Below are positions 36,469 to 57,564 of a DNA stretch of 64,000 bases, piece after piece. How positions within the stretch are numbered: position 1 is the stretch's first letter; every line of letters begins with the position of its first letter. Location: NCBI RefSeq assembly GCF_009914755.1, contig NC_060934.1; one strand, given 5' to 3'. The notes beneath the pieces were generated by a model that saw only the letters and a list, made by a program, of their open reading frames with translations, did no database searches and was not told the DNA's origin. A program made the translations under genes and the position numbers. Source of the DNA: the human T2T-CHM13v2.0 reference genome, Homo sapiens.

Positions 36469-39400
36469 TTAGAGCATTGCACCTAAAGCAATCAGTAGCA
36501 ACCTTGGAAATCTGCATGGAAAACAATATAAATGTTCTGGAATGTATGGCCACCACCACAAAAGGCACACATACTATTTTACAAGCACTAGATTTACAAG
36601 TATTGGGGGAGAAAATAAATTCAAAATGTAATTCAGACCAATCCACACACCAAGACTCAGTTTTGTGCAAATAAAACCTCTTTAGAAAGCAGCCTTTGAC
36701 CTCTGTAGCACTTTTGTCTTCAGCCTCACAGTGGAGGTGAGTACAGCCTGGGCTCCTGGGAGGGATGCACTGTCCCTGAGGAGCCTCTGTCTGAAAAGGA
36801 GTAGGAGCTCTGGGCACAATGGTTAAAGATGTGGATCAAATGTACAAGAAGGATAAAGGCCATCTTGTCATTGACCAGGAACTCATCCCCCATCTTGGGC
36901 ACTCTTGTCACACCTGACAACTATCTGGTTGTAGGTTATCAGTAGTGGGCTCCTACCTAGATTAGGTCCAATGGGGCCAGTAAAAGCTTCGGTTCTGACA
37001 GTCGATAGCCATGAGCAAGGGTGAAAGTAGAAAATGCAATGAGGAAAATGTATCCAAGTCTTCAAAGGTGAGGTAGGGAAAGAGAGTTTAACTGATCTAT
37101 GAAAATGCAGCCAGGTAAAGGGGAAACAATTCCAACAAAGATTCTCAACACATTTCCTCCTTCATAGCCTCAAAAGAAACAATAGATTCTTTGATTGGAG
37201 GCATTCATGTGGGGTGATTCTGCCTGGATGCAGTGGTTGCTCCCCATCACTAGACTTCCAAATCCCTTCCTAAGAATCTGGTGCATGCCAGTCAGAACAA
37301 ATATTCTCATCTCCATAAAGCACCCTCTCCTGAGTGTAGTGGAGAGGTTTTATAATGTGAGGGTGAAAACTTTCAAAGTAGAAACCTGTCATTTCTTTAT
37401 ATTTGGACAATCATAAGCACTTTAAGACCCTTTCTGGTTTGGGTAAATCAGTGATCTGCACAAGACACGCTTTACAAAACCCAGCTTCCTGTCCTTGCTT
37501 CTGGGCCGCTCCTTCCTTCTTGAGTTCTCAGGGTTCCTCATGGTCAATCCTGGCTGCAAAACATGAGAAACAAATGATGGCAGGAAGGCAGGAAGAACCT
37601 CATAGACAAGCAGAGTGGGAGGCTCCACAGCCCCCTCTCAGCAATTCATGTACTAAGCAACAAAACACCAGTAGGATGTAGAAGGTCCGAATAGTAAGCC
37701 ATTTCCATCACTTCCATGTAGCCATCCGTCCATCATCCTTGTATATTGGGAATAAATGTTGGAGATACATTCATTTTAAGCACACATGGTACATTTACAA
37801 AAATTAACCCTACTTATTTTGTTCATCAAGCAAATCTCAATCATTTCAGAGAAATCAAATCACATAGCATGTTTCTGATCATATAATTATGCTAGAAGTC
37901 AATGATAAAAAGCTAACCACAAATTCTCATATGCTTGGAAATTCCAACGCCCTTATAAGTAAGACACAAACATAAGAAATAATCCAAAATGAAACAAGAC
38001 TGCCTTTGCACTCAATGATAAGATCATAATACGGCAATAAAATGTCTCCATCTGGCCTGGGAATTCCACTTTGTGGCACAAGGTTGTGTGGTCTTAAATC
38101 ATCCCTAATCCACCTAGACACTTTAACATCTGAAACGGGGTAATGATGTCACTTATCTATGTCATCTTACTGCCTGTGAGCATGGACTTTAAGCTTTGAA
38201 CCCTAATGAGGGAAAGAAAACCAAGTTGACTCTCACGATTGACCTCCCAGGGATGTCCAAGGAATCTGTGTATTTCAAGAGACAAAGTTCATCAGCTTCT
38301 CTCCTGGAGGATTTGGCCACAATACCCAGAGGGCTTGGCAGCACCAGGAGTGATGGATGGGGAGTGTCAAGCAGGTGGGCAGGACCCAGGGGCCTGGTGA
38401 CCAGGAGAGACACCCCAACTGGCCATCAGCTTTGCTGGCCTTGTCCTCAGCTAAACTTCCCAGAGGCCTTCTTCTGCCTGATGACACAGAGTGTGCCCAA
38501 ACTCACTCAGTCCTCTGGCAGCCTAAAACCACTGCTTTAAATCCCTTCAGCATTTATGATGACACAAGGTTATTGTAAACAAGAAATATTCTATCACCGT
38601 TGTAAATGGAAAGCCAATGCCTTTACCATAAATAAAAAGAAACCCTAAGAAACAAGCAAAACAAAACAAAAACAGGGACAACAAAACAATGGAATTAAAT
38701 TCTATTTGTGTGCTGTCACCTGCATAAAGACCCCCAGATTTGAGTTGTCTTGGTTGTAAAAGGAAAGACCAAGTAAGGGGAGTTGAAGTCAGATTAGCCC
38801 GAAAGTGAATGGGAGACCTGTGATGTCCATGAAGTGTTGTGGGGTCACCTTGATTATAGCCCAAGCAGAGAGAGGGAAAGGAAGGAGAAGCGAACAGAGT
38901 TTGGGCCCTCAGACAAGGAGAAGTCATTCATGTAACCAGGAAACACCTCCCGAAAGCCAGAGTCAACCTCCCTTGCAGGCGGGCCCCTCATGGTCCCTTG
39001 GAGGCTTGGCCAGGGGCCCTTGGCAGGACGAGGCACCTTGGGAGACCAGCTGTGCAACGCTGGGCTGGATTCCTTCTGTACAACTGGAGTGCTAATGGCT
39101 GTGTGCAAAGACTATCAGAAGACAGCAGGAAGTGGTTGAGCAGCTGTGTACCTGAGCATTGTAACCTCCCAGGGGCATCTTTCTTCCCAGAACTGGCACC
39201 CTGGGAGGTCCTTGGCCACTAAAGGCAGTGATGATGACAACAGCAGCCCCTCTTGTCGCCACTGTGCTAAGCATAGCACTTCGCAGGCATCATCTCCTGA
39301 GATCCTGAAGTACTATCACTGTTCCTTTGCACAGATGGGGATGTAGGTTCAGAGTGGTTGGGGGAGGGGGTGTATCCAGGCAGAGAAACAGATCTGGGGG

Positions 39401-40019
39401 AACTTGATTATCGGAGGGGACATTAGGAGAAGGGGAACCTGGGTCTGGAGACTCCCCAGGAAGATGCGGCCACAGAGATGCTTTGCCCAGGACCCAGCGT
39501 TGCCCTGGTCAGTCCTGCTCAGATGAGGTCCAACCAGGTGGCTGTGTTCCCAGCCCAGCACCTCCATCTATGAGTGAGGGTCAGTCACAGCTGTGATGAT
39601 GGGGATATATCATAGCATGTTCCTCATAGCATTATTGTGACGCAGAGAGTGCCAGCCCACTCAGGCACAGGGCATGGTTCTGGGGGCACATCTGTCTTTC
39701 TCTCTTGACCTCTAGATCTACTAAGCACCACGCAACACCCCCACTCTAATCATACCCAGACAGGGTACTGGGCCCAACCTTGTGCTCCTGTTCCCAGAGT
39801 CACCCAACCCTGGCCTGTCTCTGACATCTCCGGGCCCAGGCACAGCCCTTCTATAGGCCCTGGAAGGGGCACATCCCCAGCCCTGGGTTTGAAACCTGGA
39901 AAATACTTTCTTCCAAGAGAGCTCAGGAGGGCCAGGTCATGCCTGGGTCTGTTCTGTCCGCTGGTCCCAGGATTGCCCTCTGGAGTGCCACCTCTGGTTG
40001 TACTGTGGGCTGGGGTCTG

Positions 40020-40640
40020 GGAGTGTGTGCATGTTTGGGTGCGTAAATCTGCATATATTCATCTGTGCATCTGAGTGTCTGTGTCTGTGATTATGTCTCT
40101 GTGTAGCTGTCTCAGGGTGGCTCTGTGTTTTTCTCTATCTTTGTATGCATTTGGGTGTCCTTTCTTTCTGAATGAGTGTGTGTTGGTTGTGCAAATCTGT
40201 GTTTGTGTTTCTGATTGGGTAATGTGTGTGTCTCTGGCATGTGTGCCCCCTGTGGGAGTGTCTGTGTATACCTGGCTTCTGTATCTTTGTGTATGTGTTG
40301 AGGTGTGTGCGTGTGAATTTGCTTCTCCTTTGGGTGTCCCTGATTGTGTTTGTATTTGTGTGTTTATGTTTTGTGTAGTGTGTGTGTTCTATGTCTGATT
40401 CTCTGCCTGTGGGTCTGTGCCAGTGTGTGTGTGTGTGTGTGTGTGTATGTGAGCACGTGTGCGCACACGTGGGTGTCCACTGTGTGTAGAGTCAGCCCTG
40501 TGGGGCTGTGTCTCATGGTTCTGTGTGTGTATCTGTGTCCTCCTGGTGTGTGTGTTTATGTGCCTGTCCGTGGGCCATACTCCTGAGTGCCCAGGTGAAG
40601 CTGGGGCGGTTCTGTGCCTCTGTGTCTCTGTGCTCGCGGT
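40020..40640. repeat. TG-rich low-complexity tract with a (GT)n core
   Basis: Visible. Confidence 0.85.
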
Positions 40641-41635
40641 ATCTGTTTATCTCCCTGTGAGTTTCTGGGTTTGTGCACCTCGGAAGTTGGCAGTCACAGA
40701 GAGGCCTCTCCAGTGCTGACCTCCAGGGGTGGCTGAGAAGGGGACAGCATGTGCTTCTCTCATCCCCCGGCAGGGCCTTTTCTGCCCCTGCTTTTCTGAG
40801 CCTCTGGTGGCCCCCTGGTGGTCCCTCTTAGGCCCCAAGGAGGGACGGCATGAAGGGTCAGGTCACAGGACTCCAGGCCAGGGTTGTGAGGAGGACTCTG
40901 GGTCGCCGGAGAGAGTTATATTGAAAGAAGGAAGATTGTCTGTGGGGGGAGGATTCTGGGCTGGAGGGAGCCTGGGCCCTGGGAGGGTGAATGAGTGAGG
41001 TCCTCTAGGAAGGGCTCGGGGACAGAGCTCCTGGGCCACTTGGAAGGTCTGATGTGTAGGTGACTACAGGGGATAGCTAGGGGCAGGGCTAGAGGAGTGC
41101 TGGGTGCCCAGAGGCTGAGGCCCTCACTCACACATGCCAGGTTTAGGCTGGGGCACATGTGCACATGGGCACTATTGGGGGACACAAAGGACCATTGGGT
41201 GGGGGAGGCAGCGGTGGTCTGGCAGGCAAATATAGTCCCCAAGCCAAGGCTGACCACCCAGGACATCTGCCCTGCCCCGGCCTTCCTGGGGCCTCACTCC
41301 AGGGCACAGGCACGTGCCCGGTGCCACATGGGGCACACCTCCTGGACCCCTGTGTCTTGGCCATTGAAGGGTGCTTAGGGCTACCCTGAGAAACTGGTGC
41401 CAGGAGGGAGAATCTGGTCTCAAGATATTTCAGGTTGTGGATTAGGGAGAACTACAGAAGGAGGGCATTTAACATAGGTTCATTCCCAGAACAAATGCTC
41501 CACACAGGGTATTGTCGAAATTAATATTTTATTACCTGGAACTCCAATCTGTGTACTCACCTGGGAAATTCTAAAGACACAGAGAGGAGTTGGAGGAAGC
41601 AGAGTAACTGAATGTAACTTAAAATAACAAAAACA

Positions 41636-42010
<375 letters not shown>

Positions 42011-43828
42011 TCATCATCACCCCGCCCTAGTGGGGAGACTGAAGTGGCCAGGGATTTGCCGAAGGTGCCAGTTGGTTCCGAGTTCACTGCTGATTACATC
42101 TGACCAAGCTCCTTTTCTCAAGTTCACCTTGTTTAATCTTTCCAGTGACAGTTTTCCGCAGCTCCGGGACAAACTCCATCTGGTTAAGTATAAGGGAAAT
42201 CCACAGTGACTTACCAATTCCCTACCCTCCTCCTCTGCCCCTCCACAGTCTCCCACACAGGCTGACACCATATGGTCGCCTTAATGGAATCCACCAAGTG
42301 TGTCAGGTTCTCCCCTTGACCCTTTGAAGGTGGATGTAGCCGTGTGATGTGACTCAGGAGCTGTGAGTGGAAGTGAAGCGTGTCACTTCAAGACAGAAGA
42401 GTTGGGAGCCCCTGAGACTGGCCACCCTCTCCTCCATCTCTTAGAGAAGCTGACAGGTGATGAGGGGATGTGAAGCACAAGGCCCAGCAGAGCCATGGTG
42501 GACGTGCCGCATGAGCAGGATAAGAACCTTCAGTGTTGTAAATTTCCATTGTCTGGGGCTGTCCACTGAACCTACAGTGATATCTGGCCCATCGTAGCAG
42601 GCATGCACCATCTATTTCATGCTCTGTGAAGCAGGCTAGCCTACCCTCAGAACATGAACTTGTCAGACACACATAGGTTTCAGTTTCAGCCCTGCCTCTT
42701 AATGACTGCAACCTCGGGCATTTGACTTTGAGTCTCCGAGCCTCAGTTTTGTTTTTGTAAAATGGTTTGCTATGCTATCTCAGGTGGAAGAGAGGATTTA
42801 ATGAAATAAAAATCCATGTAAAGCATTGAGCCTAGGGGCTGGCACACACAGTGAGTACTCAATCAAGGTTAGCCATGTAGCTTCATAATGTGTATTGACT
42901 GTAAATACTCAGACACTGCAGCAAAGTATTACAAAGAAGGAAGTGTTAACTTTTTGGCATATGTATCTCTTTGCACTTTATTTTCAAAGGGGTAGGATAA
43001 TACCACGTATACTTTTTCATAGTACGCTTTTTTCTCTTAATATGTGTTGAGATATATGTTAAATATATAAAAAACTGAATCATTATTTTAAATTGCAGGG
43101 TTATATTCAATTTTATGAAAACCTTATTTCTCTATTGTTTGACTTTTTGTAGGTTGCACAAGGCATTGAATTAAAATAAACATATCAGAATGCATTGCAT
43201 TTATAAAGATAAATATCATTCTATTAATTTTTGTTTGTTATATGTATGTATATATATTTTGAGTTGCAAGACAGAACATATTTCTTCCTATGAATCATGT
43301 TAGAAAAAGTTTGGAAGCTGCTGATTTGGATTTTTTTTTTAATTTTTACAGGATTATAAATAACCTTTTTAAAAATATCCTTGGGCACTTGACTGATTTT
43401 TGTCTTTAGGTTAACATGCCAGCAATGATTCCTTTTGGGTTTCTGACACAAGATAGCAATTTCCATCCAAATAAATCAACTATGCCATCCCATCCCTAAA
43501 CCAAATTCCTTCTTCTGCAGAAGAAAAAGCCAGTACTGTGACTGCCTAAGCTTTCCCCTGCACAGCCACCCTATGAGACATGGGGCAGGAGCACTGGGAG
43601 CTATTCAGGAGCACCAGACCCCTTCCATCTGCCCTCACTCACCTTCCTTGGGGACTTGCATGAGACTGTCACTGACTTTACATGCTTCTGCAGCTCCTTG
43701 GTCAGCTGGTCCTTGTCACGGGACAGAAACTGTGGGGTCAGGACAATAAACACCTTCACGACCTGCAGAACGAGGGCAGAGGCTTATGGTGAGTGTCAAT
43801 GTATTACATATCTTAAAAAGTCAATATT

Positions 43829-44130
<302 letters not shown>

Positions 44131-44457
44131 CAAGAAAATATAGAGAATTTCACCAAATACCTGGACTTTATTTTTTAAGGATTAAAAAGGATATAGAATT
44201 GAGAAAATAACAGAAATTGAAAACCCAATAGATGGATTTATCAGCAAATTAGACAAAACAGAAGAGAGGATTAAAGAAGTGGAAGTTAGGTTAGTACAAA
44301 ACACTGAAATTGAAGGTTAGAGAGAGAGAAAACGATGGGAAATATAGGAAAGTTAACAAGAGACATGGAACATGTCAGACAGGTCTAACTTGTGAGGAAT
44401 TAGAGTCCCAGAACCAGAAAGGAAGTGGAACAGTACCTCTATTTAAAGAGAAAATGG

Positions 44458-45170
<713 letters not shown>

Positions 45171-45861
45171 TCAAAACAAATAAAAGACATTAATTCACAG
45201 ACAGGAATGTCTGCAAATCCTAAGCAGGTGAATAGAAAAAAAGTCGTGATTAAATTGCTAAAAAAAAGATAAAAGGAGACATTCAAAAGAAGCCAGAGGA
45301 AAAAAAGACATATTACTTTCAAAGAAACAACAATAAGTAGGAGAAGGACTTTTCATCAGAAACTACAGAAGCCAGAAACCCACGGAATGACATTTTTCAT
45401 GTTGAAATGAAAAAAATCTGCCAACATAAAATTCTACCCACTGAAATATACTTCAAAAATAAAAGCGTAGGTTTCTAGAAAATGGCAGCAATGACGATGA
45501 CGTCACTTTTAAATCTCCCCTCATCATCACATACCAACGGAGTAACTAGATGACAAAACCAAAAACTCATGGACAATACAACACAACTACATGATAAAAT
45601 CCTAGCAGAAACAAAACAAGACTTCCAGCAAGACTCATCAGGAAAAAAGACATAATGTCCAATTTTGAGAACAAAAAGAAGATGTCAATTAAATCCTACA
45701 GATATTAAAAATAAAAGAATATTATAAACAACTTCATGTCAATAAACTTGACAGCTAGATGAAACTGACAAATTTCCTCAAAAGACACAAATTACAAAAT
45801 CCAAATTATCCTATATCTATTAAAGAAATTAAGGCAAAGAGAATCTACAGCTAAGTTATTA

Positions 45862-46032
<171 letters not shown>

Positions 46033-46218
46033 TCAGCAAGAATGTGGGATACAAAATATAAAAATCATTCGCACTTCTAGCAGCCACAAACAGAAAGGAC
46101 AAATTTTAAAAAGATACCATTTATGGTTACAATAAAGGATACAAAATGCCTAAAAATAAATTTAACAAAAGATGTGTAAGTGGAAAAAATTATATATCTT
46201 TATGAAAGCTATTAAAGA

Positions 46219-46545
46219 GGCCAGGCATGGTGACTCACACCTATAATCCCAGCACTTCAGGAGGCCGAGGCAGGTGGATCACCTGAGGTCAGGAATTCGA
46301 GTCCAGCGTGGCCAACTTGGGGAAACCCCGTATCTACTAAAAATACAAAAGTAGCTGGGCATGGTGGCATGTGCCTGTAATCTTAGCTACTGGGGAGGCT
46401 GAGGCAGGAGAACCTCTTAGAACCTGGAAGGCAGAGGTTGCAGTGAGCCGAGGTCGTGCCATTGCACTTTAGCCTGGGCAACAGAATGCGACTGTGTCTC
46501 AAAAACAAAACAAAAACAAAAACAACAAGAACAAGAGAAAAACAT
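46219..46545 (+). mobile_element. AluS (a left-arm monomer also lies at about 45881-45998)
   Basis: Alu consensus similarity. Confidence 0.88.
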
Positions 46546-46586
46546 TAAAGAAGTCTTAGGCAAAAGAGACACAGGCCATATTCCAG

Positions 46587-46870
46587 CTTTTATTTGAAGT
46601 TCAGGAGTACATGTGCAGGTTTGTTATATAGGTAAACTCTCGTCATGGGAGTTTGCTGCACAGATTATTTCATCACCCAGGTATTAAGCCCAGTACCCAC
46701 TAGTTATTTTTTCTGCTCCTCTCCCTCTTCCCACCCTCCATCTTCCCATAGGCCCCAGAGTCTGTTGTTCCCCTCTATGCATCCATGTGTGCTCATTATT
46801 TGTCTCTCACTTATACATGAGAACATGTAGTATTTGGTTTTCTGTTCCTGCATTAGTTTGAAAAGGATAG
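46587..46870 (-). mobile_element. Short L1P 3'-end insertion
   Basis: gtacatgtgcaggtttgttatataggtaaac L1 3'UTR; TSD GGCCATATTC at 46574-46583 and 46871-46880. Confidence 0.85.
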
Positions 46871-46969
46871 GGCCATATTCATAGATTGGGATATTCAGTC
46901 TTTTGAAGATGTCAGTCTCCCAACTGATTTATAGCTACAACATGTACTATAATTCAAACAAATCCTAAC

Positions 46970-48033
<1,064 letters not shown>

Positions 48034-48074
48034 TGAAATAAATACAGAAAAATGCTGATGAATACAACTACTAT

Positions 48075-49040
<966 letters not shown>

Positions 49041-49164
49041 TTATATTATAATTAAAAACTTCTATTCTTCAAATGACACTATAGGAAGGTAAAAGGGCAA
49101 GCTACAGAATGGGATGTAAGATTTACAATACACATAATTGATAAGGGAGTTATTTCTAGGATAT

Positions 49165-49908
<744 letters not shown>

Positions 49909-50462
49909 ATGTGTATTTTTAATTGTGGAAAAATTTGGTGTCCAGTGCTTGGTCTTCCCTGCTCTGGGAGGCCCAGGTGACTCTGCCACAGCCTGTGTTA
50001 CTCTGTGACCTGCAGGTACTGGGAGATCCACAGGGAAGACACTGGGACATCCTAGAAGCTGGGAAATGAAAAGAAGAGTGAAGAATGCAACCACACATGG
50101 ATGGATGGTCTTTTCCATAACATAATGCCTGCCTCTCAGGCTCCAATTCCAAAGCGAATCATTTACAGTTAATTTCTGTCTCCTGGGTTGATCATTCTCC
50201 CTAACCATCACTTGCTGCCCCTCAAAGGAATTGTCTACATTCCCTATCTCCTCCTTACCCTGTGAAAAAGGGTATGTCAGCTTCTATACCCCATTGGGAG
50301 GTTGGGAAATCACTGACTCTCCCCTGCCCCATACATTAATTCATCTGTATGCCTTTTCTTCTATTAAAAATAAGTGAAAACTCAGTAAGACACCATTTTA
50401 CCCCACTGTATTAGCAAACCTTTAAAAATCTGACAATTTCAAGTCTTTCCAGTGAATCATAG

Positions 50463-51489
<1,027 letters not shown>

Positions 51490-51637
51490 ATAGGAACTCA
51501 CATACTTTTGACACGAGTTTAAATTAGTGCAACCTCTTTGGATAACAAATCGTGATGATCTATAAAGTTGGAAATGTACACCCTCTACAATCCAAGAGTT
51601 TCATCCCTGGGTATGTAATTGACAGAAATGCATGCAT

Positions 51638-51980
51638 GGCTGGTTATAGTGGCTTATGCCTGTAATCTCAGAACTTTAGGAGGCTGAGGCGGGAGGATTG
51701 CTTGATCCCAGGAGTTCGAAACCAGCCTGGGCAACATGGCAAAATCTTGCCTCTACAAAAAGATATGAAAATTAGTCAGGCATGGTGGTACATGCTTGTA
51801 GTCTCAGCTACTCAAGAGGCTGAGAGGGGAGGAGCAATTGAACCCAGAAGGTCAAAGCTGCAAGGAGCTGTGATCATGCCACTGCACCCCTGCCTGGGTG
51901 ACAGTCTCAGGGTCTTTTGAGACAGACCCTGTCTCAAAAACAAAAAAAAAAAAAAAAAAAAAAGAAGAAGAAGAAGAAGA
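51638..51980 (+). mobile_element. AluJ
   Basis: TSD AGAAATGCATGCA. Confidence 0.88.
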
Positions 51981-52677
51981 GGAAGAAATGCATGCACATG
52001 GATGTCCAAGCCAGAAAAACAAATAAACCTGGAGACAATGGGAAATAATTTAAATGTCCATCAACAGTAGAATGTTGTAAACAAAATATACAATAATGTG
52101 TAAATAAATTATAGAATACTTTAAAGGTAATTACATGGTTCCATTTCTTAAAGTTGGTGGATCCTACAACACAGGTGTTTGTTTCACTCTTCCTTCAAGA
52201 AGTCTTTCCAACTCCTCTGTCCCTTCCCTTGACCAGAAGTCAGAGGCGGACAGGCACTTAAAGATCAGGAACTTACCCCTCGGCTTCACAAACAAGGGGA
52301 CGAGGGAAGGAGACACATGTCAGGACTTCTCTTGAAACCCTCCTCTTTGTCTGCATAGGATGCCCTCCTCTTTTCCTTCTCAGTAACTGTCTGTCAACAT
52401 CCTCTTCATCTTTTAAGGCCCTTCCTTGGGATCCTTAGAGGGCACCCTGGTCCATCTACCTGTTGAGAAAACTGAAGTTCAGAGAGGTTGAAGGGTGAAC
52501 TTAAGGCATGCAGTCATTGAGAGGCAGCCTTGGCTCTCTGGAATCTGTGCTCTCTTTATCAGCAACATCCAGTGCTAATTTATGTCTGTACCCATGGCAC
52601 ACTTGAAGACAGTTCCTTATAAACAGGAGGTGCTCAGTAAATGCCACCTCCTCCCTCCGGGTCTTTACTGAGTTTAA

Positions 52678-54378
<1,701 letters not shown>

Positions 54379-54683
54379 TCAGAGCTTTATAAAACTGTTT
54401 ACTTTGATGCTGCTAACCTAGAAAATGACCGGCAGATGGCAGCATTTAGCTTTCCTAGCTTTCAACTTTGCAATTGCCGGTTTAAGGCGAGAAAAGTTGG
54501 TTTTTCTTTTCCATTCTCCTAACTCTGCTTGTTGTCAATGCCTGCCAAATGCCCACTGCTCCCATTGGAAGCCTCATCCTACTACCCCCTTGCTGAAAAA
54601 GCATCTTGAGCATCTGCAGAAGCTCCAGTTTGAGACCTGGTGGCAGGAGGGGGTACATGGACATGCAATGAGAATATGAACGC

Positions 54684-54989
54684 TTTTTTTTTTTTTTTTT
54701 TTTTTTGAGATGGAGTCTCACTCTGTCACCCAGGCTGGAGTAGACTGGAGCAATCTCAGCTCACTGCAACCTCTGCCTCGTGAGTTCAAGCGATTCTTCT
54801 GCCTCAGCCTCCTGCTTAGCTGAGATTACAGGCGCCTGCCACTGTGCCTGGCTAATTTTTGTATTTTTAGTAGAGATGAGGTTTTACCATGTTGGCCAGG
54901 CTGGTCTTGAACTCCTGACGCTCAGGTGATCCGCCCACCTTGGACTCCCAAAGTGCTGGGATTACAGGCGTGAGCCACCGTGACTGGCC
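54684..54989 (-). mobile_element. AluS
   Basis: Full-length; near-TSD ATGAA(C/A)GCTTTT. Confidence 0.9.
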
Positions 54990-56631
54990 AGACATGAAAG
55001 CTTTTCCTCTCCACAGAGCCCAGTGAAATGCTGATTCTCACCACAGCCCTGGGATACCATGGGCTGCAAAGCCATCTTAGGGCTCTGCTTTTCAGCTGGG
55101 GAAACAGACTCCAAAAGGCAAAGTGATGAGCTCAAATTCACAACAAGTTCAGATTTTCTGATTTGCAACTCTGTGCACTTTCCTGCGTTAGTTCTCTAAG
55201 GTGAGATCTACCCTGAAGGCATGTTCTGCCTATATGTGTGGAAAGGAGGCCAGAAAGATTTTTAAAAACCAAAATGCTACATGGTAAATAATAAAGGAAC
55301 AGCAGAGAAAAGAGTGTTGGGGCTCAGAGGAGCAGACTGCACCATTCAGGGCTGGGGTGGGTGAGAAATTACCAAGTCAGAAAAGAGCTGTTGAAAACAG
55401 GGGAGCTCTCACCCTTAAAAACAGTCAAGACATGCACAAGAAAAGGAGCAATGGTGGAAATTCTAGATCAGGATGGCAAACGTATGGCTTGGGGCTGCTA
55501 CTCTCTTTCACCCTACCCTGTCACTCGGCCCCCATGTCCATGACAGACATCAGTAATCAATCATGGGATTCTTTCCCCTTGAGCTCAGGGCCTGACCAGA
55601 ATCCATTGTGCACAGTGCGCCAGGCTTCCTCTACCAACTCGTGGGAGATGTCACCAGAGAAAGCCTGTTGCTCCTCCTCATCCTGCCCTATTGCCTCCCT
55701 CGTGGCCACAATTTATTGTGCACTTACTGTGTTGGAGGAGTTGTGCTGAGCTCTTTACACACACCTTCCATTTAATTCACTTACCATATTCTCGGGAGTT
55801 AGGCATCCTTCTGGTTTTACACATAAGGAAAATGGGGCACAGAGGTGTTAAAAGCCTCATAATGGCAGAGCCAGGATTCAAATCCAAGCCCACCTGTCTC
55901 CAAAGCCCAGCCTGGGAAACTGCTAGATAGGTGGGATAAGCCAGTATGGAAGCAGGCCTGTGGTTTGGGCCTTGTTTAGGCCTGAAGATCAAGACTAACT
56001 AGGCTGCAGTGGAGCCTGAGGTCCAGAGAACAGAGGACACTAAAGATGCTTTTTTTTGTTCATTCATTCCTGAACCCACGTTTATTAAGTCCCTGCTACA
56101 TGCCAGACACCTTGTAGATCCTGGGGGTATAGTGGTCAAACAAGAGAGACAGAACACCCCACCCTCAATCAGGGGAGACTAACAAGCCAGTCAAATGCAT
56201 TATATGTCAGGTGATGTATGTGCTAAGGGGAAAAATGAAGGCTAGAGAGTAGTGGAGAGAGCCACATAGAGCTATATGTGGACTCAGGCCTAGGAGATAA
56301 GGGAAGGGATGACTTAGGGGCCTGAGCTTCTTGGAGTGACTGATGCATATCGAGATAAAGGCCCTAAGAAGATGGGTCCTGATGCTCTCAGGGAAAATAA
56401 CGATGTTGGGGGGTGTCTGTGGTTGGGGAGGAAGGAGGGATTGCCAGGAACACATGGAGTTCCAGGGGCCTTCTTCACTCTGACAATGACAATGCGGCCG
56501 AGGGAGGGGGAGTCTTACCCAGAATACTCTTAGCTCCTGGACTTTCTCCTTACTCTGGTAGATGTGGGATGGAGGCAGAAAGTCCCACTCATGCGTCCTA
56601 CATTTTTTGAGAATCTAACGAAATAAATTTC

Positions 56632-57365
56632 GCCAGGTGCAGTGACTCAAGCCTGTAATCCCAGCACTTTGGGAGGCCGAGGCAGGTGGGTCACCTGAGG
56701 TCAGGAGTTTGAGACTAGCCCGGCCAACATGGTGAAACCCCATCTCTACTAAAAATACAAAAATTAGCTGGGCATGGCCTGTAGTTCTAGCTACTCGGGA
56801 GCCTGAGGCAAGAGAATTGCTTGACTCTGGGAGGCGGAGGTTTCAGTGAGCCAAGATCACTCCACTGCACTCCAGCCTGGGCAACACAGTGAGACTCTGT
56901 TTCAAAATACAATACAATACAATACAATACAATACAATACAATACAATACAATACAATACAGTACAGTACAGTACAGTACAGTACAGTACAGTACAGTAC
57001 AGTACAATAAAAGCATGACATGTTAAAAAAAAAAAAAAAAAAAAAAAAGACCGGGCTTGGTGGCTCCTGCCTGTAATCCCAGCACTTTGGGAGGCCGAGG
57101 CAGGTTGGTCACCTGAGGTCAGGAGTTCAAGACCAGCCTGACCTACATGGTGAAACCTCATCTCTACTAAAAATACAAAAATTAGCTGGGTGTGGCGGCA
57201 GGAGAGCCTGCAATCCGAGCTACTCAGGAGGCTGAGGTAGGAGAATTGCTTGAACCCAGGAGGCGGAGGTTGCAGTGAGCTGAGATGGTGCCACTGTACT
57301 TCAGCCTGGGTGACAAGAGCGAAACTCCATCTCAAAAATAAATAAGAAAAATAAATAAATAAATT
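56632..57365 (+). mobile_element. Two tandem AluS elements (56632-57005; 57049-57365)
   Basis: The first has a pentanucleotide tail; AAATAAATTTC flanks the pair. Confidence 0.9.
56906..57005 (+). repeat. Compound pentanucleotide (AATAC)11(AGTAC)9
   Basis: Counted directly. Confidence 0.97.
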
Positions 57366-57564
57366 TCATTCCTCTGCCCACTGCCAGTATCCAGTCCCGC
57401 TGATGAGGCTGGGGTGAGGTGGGGGGTAACTTTTTAGCACCTGGGCCCTTACGTCCAGCAGGGCTGTGAACAGGGACTTTTTGTGCCAGTAACAGTAGAA
57501 AATACGGCAACTGGTGTTTGCCACTATCAAAGAGGAACTTGGAGTTTTGTTGAAGGAGCAAAAT

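Noticed and set aside
38020-38070. GIPRPDGDILL (minus strand) resembling a GTF2I repeat
   Set aside because: Too short, with no supporting flanks or splice sites.
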